A stretch of 24,000 bases of DNA from Solirubrobacterales bacterium. GTDB taxonomy: Bacteria > Actinomycetota > Thermoleophilia > Solirubrobacterales > Solirubrobacteraceae. Below, piece after piece: positions 21,683 to 24,000 of this stretch. The DNA lies in contig JBBQCW010000008.1 of assembly GCA_038319025.1 (NCBI GenBank), positions 28,202-52,201 on the forward strand. Reading direction: 5' to 3'. The notes under the pieces were generated by a model. It had not been told where the DNA came from and made no database searches. It saw only the letters and a program-made list of their open reading frames with translations. The position numbers and the translations under genes are program-made. The first letter of the stretch is position 1; each line of letters opens with the position of its first letter.

Positions 21683-24000
21683 ATGCGCGTCCCACTCAGC
21701 TGGCTTGACGAGTACGTGGTCGCCGACCTTCCCGTGCGGGAACTGGCCACGCGGCTGGCCATGACCGGCACCGAGGTGGACCGCATCCATCACCACGGGG
21801 TCGGTGCGCCCGAGGCGTTCGTCATCGGGCGGGTGCTGAGCGCTGAGCAGCACCCGGACGCTGATCGGCTGAAGGTCTGCATGGTGGACGTCGGTGGCGC
21901 GGCGGCGTCCCAGATCGTGTGCGGCGCGCCGAACGTGGCCGCCGGGCAGACGGTCGCGGTGGCCCAGCCCGGGGCGGTCATGCCTGACGGCACAAAGCTG
22001 AAGAAGGCCAAGCTGCGCGGCGTCGAGTCAGCCGGAATGATCTTGGCCGAGGACGAGATCGAGCTGGGTCAGGATCACAGCGGCATCATGGTGCTGGACG
22101 ACGCGCTGATGCCCGGTACACCGCTCGCCGACGTTTTCTCGATCGCCACCGAGGTTCTGGAACTGGAGATCACTCCCAACCGGCCCGATTGCCTGGGCGT
22201 GTACGGCGTGGCCCGCGAGGTGCACGCCGTCACGGGTGCCCCGTTGGCTGCCGCGCCGTGGGCAGCCAATGTCTCCGCCGGCGCTGATGGGGCGGCCGAG
22301 CCGCCGCCGGGCATCGAGGTCGTCGTCGAGGACGCCGCGCTGTGCCCGCGTTTCACGGCACGCGTGTACGAGAACGTGAAGATCGGCCCGTCACCGGCCT
22401 GGCTGAAGGGCCGGCTGATGGCAGCCGGCCAGCGGCCGATCAACAACGTCGTCGACATCACCAACTACGTGATGCTCCTCACCGGGCACCCCTTGCACGC
22501 CTTCGATCTGGATCGGATCTCCGGCGGTCGCCTCGTCGTCCGGGCCGCGCTCGCCGGTGAGCAGATGACCACGCTGGACGGCCAGGAGCGCACACTGGAT
22601 CCCGACGTATGTCTGATCGCGGACGGCGACGGCCCGACATCGCTGGCCGGCGTGATGGGGGGCCTGCGCTCTGAGGTGCAGCCAGACACCACGCGGGTCC
22701 TGATGGAGGTCGCCACGTGGAACGGCCCGCAGGTCAACCGCACGGCCGCCCGGTTGGGGTTGCGCAGCGAGGCTTCAGCGCGGTTTGAGAAGAGCTTGCC
22801 GGCCGAAGGCTGCACCGAAGCTCAAGCCGTCGCCGGCCGGTTGATGGTCGAGCTGGCGGGTGCCACCGCGGTGCCCGGCGTGGTCGACGTCGGCAGCTCT
22901 GGCGAGCCGGCTCCGATCGTCCGGCTGCGTGACGCTCGGGTGAGCGGTCTGCTGGGCGCCCCCGTGGCCCGGGAGCGGTCAGCCGAGATCCTGACCGCTC
23001 TGGGGTTCCTCGTCACCACGGCCTCCGACGGCCTCGACGTGGCGGTGCCGCACTGGCGCCGGGGCGACGTAACGCGAGAGGCGGACCTGATCGAGGAGGT
23101 CGCCCGTATCGACGGCGTCGATCGCCTGCCGGCCACGTTGCCGGAGAACCGCACTGGGCTTCCCGGCCGGCTGACGCACGCGCAGCGGTCGGTTCGCCGC
23201 GCTGAGGATGTGCTCGTCGGTCGCGGGCTGTCAGAGGTCGTCGGTTGGTCGTTCACCGCACCGGATCTCCTCGATCGTCTGCTGCTCCTTGTTGGGAGCC
23301 CGATGCGCGACGTCGTCGTACTGGAGAACCCGATGAGCGAGGCCCAATCGGTGCTGCGCCCGACGATCTTCGGCTCCCTGCTGGAGATCGCCGCCCACAA
23401 CGCAGCCCGCGGCGAGACCGATCTGGCCATCTTTGAATCCGGCAACGTCTATCGCCTTGATGCTGCGCGGACCGATGGCCTGGCCGACGAGCATCACGCG
23501 CTCGGCGCGCTCATAACGGGAGCCGTTCGGCCGGCCACGTTCGCTGAGGCCGAGCCGCCACACGCCGACGTGCTCACGGCGAAGGGCCTCGTCGATGCCG
23601 TCCTTGGGGCGTTGCACGTGGATTGGACGGCCTCGCAGGCCGTCCGCGCCTTTTTGCATCCCGGTCGCGCCGGTGAGATTCGCGTGGGCGACGAAGTGCT
23701 CGGCATCTTCGGTGAGTTGCATCCCACGGTCGCGGCGACATGGGGTTTCGACGCTCCCGTCGCCGTCCTGGCCATCGACCTCGGCAAGGCGATCGCGCAC
23801 GCCCCTGAAGCGGCGACCTACCGCGACCTGACCACCTTTCCCGAACTCCGGCAGGACCTCGCCGTGATCGTGCCCGACGACGTGCCCGCCGCGCGGGTGC
23901 TCGAGGTGGTGCGCGCCGCCGGCGGCAAGCTGCTGTCCGGCGCCGAGGTTTTCGATGTGTATCGCGGCGCGCAGGTGGGGGAGGGGCATGTCTCACTCGC
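21683..24000 (+). CDS. pheT: phenylalanine--tRNA ligase beta subunit (3' end outside window)
   Basis: Not in the ORF track because it has no stop in the window. Hand translation from ATG 21683 gives MRVPLSWLDEYVVADLPVRELATRLAMTGTEVDRI...HPDADRLKVCMVDVG...GAPNVAAGQTVAVAQPGAVMPDG...KLRGVESAGMILAEDE, which is canonical PheT. The frame stays open to base 24000. Confidence 0.95.
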   Translation, partial: MRVPLSWLDEYVVADLPVRELATRLAMTGTEVDRIHHHGVGAPEAFVIGRVLSAEQHPDADRLKVCMVDVGGAAASQIVCGAPNVAAGQTVAVAQPGAVMPDGTKLKKAKLRGVESAGMILAEDEIELGQDHSGIMVLDDALMPGTPLADVFSIATEVLELEITPNRPDCLGVYGVAREVHAVTGAPLAAAPWAANVSAGADGAAEPPPGIEVVVEDAALCPRFTARVYENVKIGPSPAWLKGRLMAAGQRPINNVVDITNYVMLLTGHPLHAFDLDRISGGRLVVRAALAGEQMTTLDGQERTLDPDVCLIADGDGPTSLAGVMGGLRSEVQPDTTRVLMEVATWNGPQVNRTAARLGLRSEASARFEKSLPAEGCTEAQAVAGRLMVELAGATAVPGVVDVGSSGEPAPIVRLRDARVSGLLGAPVARERSAEILTALGFLVTTASDGLDVAVPHWRRGDVTREADLIEEVARIDGVDRLPATLPENRTGLPGRLTHAQRSVRRAEDVLVGRGLSEVVGWSFTAPDLLDRLLLLVGSPMRDVVVLENPMSEAQSVLRPTIFGSLLEIAAHNAARGETDLAIFESGNVYRLDAARTDGLADEHHALGALITGAVRPATFAEAEPPHADVLTAKGLVDAVLGALHVDWTASQAVRAFLHPGRAGEIRVGDEVLGIFGELHPTVAATWGFDAPVAVLAIDLGKAIAHAPEAATYRDLTTFPELRQDLAVIVPDDVPAARVLEVVRAAGGKLLSGAEVFDVYRGAQVGEGHVSL

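Noticed and set aside
1-24000. CRISPR arrays, rRNA genes, IS elements, toxin-antitoxin pairs and large dispersed repeats.
   Set aside because: None was recognised on reading either strand. The only tandem repeat found is the in-frame 9-bp repeat in infC.

Overview
High-GC (about 70%) actinobacterial-type chromosomal window, almost fully coding, with 24 CDS (2 partial) and 2 tRNAs. No rRNA, CRISPR array, transposase or integrase was seen. The right half (13.4-24 kb) is a core translation cluster: thrS-infC, then rpmI-rplT, a TrmH/SpoU-like methyltransferase, pheS and pheT. A 2.9-kb MocR-regulator, membrane-protein and SDR-epimerase module sits between infC and rpmI, which are normally contiguous. 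The left half is more accessory. It holds a MarR/cupin pair, two orphan class I methyltransferases, and divergent tRNA-Cys and tRNA-Val genes bracketing one lower-GC gene. It also holds a secreted repeat protein, an ECF-type sigma factor with a long C-terminal extension, a secreted beta-helix protein, an MDR oxidoreductase, and an rpf / class V aminotransferase / hydrolase string. The most interesting object is the tRNA-bracketed gene (2339-3973). It encodes a secreted protein whose N-terminal ~400 aa carry the ordered copper-ligand motifs of PHM/DBH-type monooxygenases, fused to a clear amicyanin-like type-1 copper domain. Other leads are the sigma factor with a fused hydrophobic segment and acidic Pro-rich tail and no adjacent anti-sigma, a possible c-di-AMP (ydaO-class) riboswitch upstream of rpf, IF-3 with a 91-aa acidic Ala/Glu tail partly encoded by a 9-bp tandem repeat, and a tRNA-Val with C at position 33. 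All functional calls come from motif recognition by eye. No database search was run.
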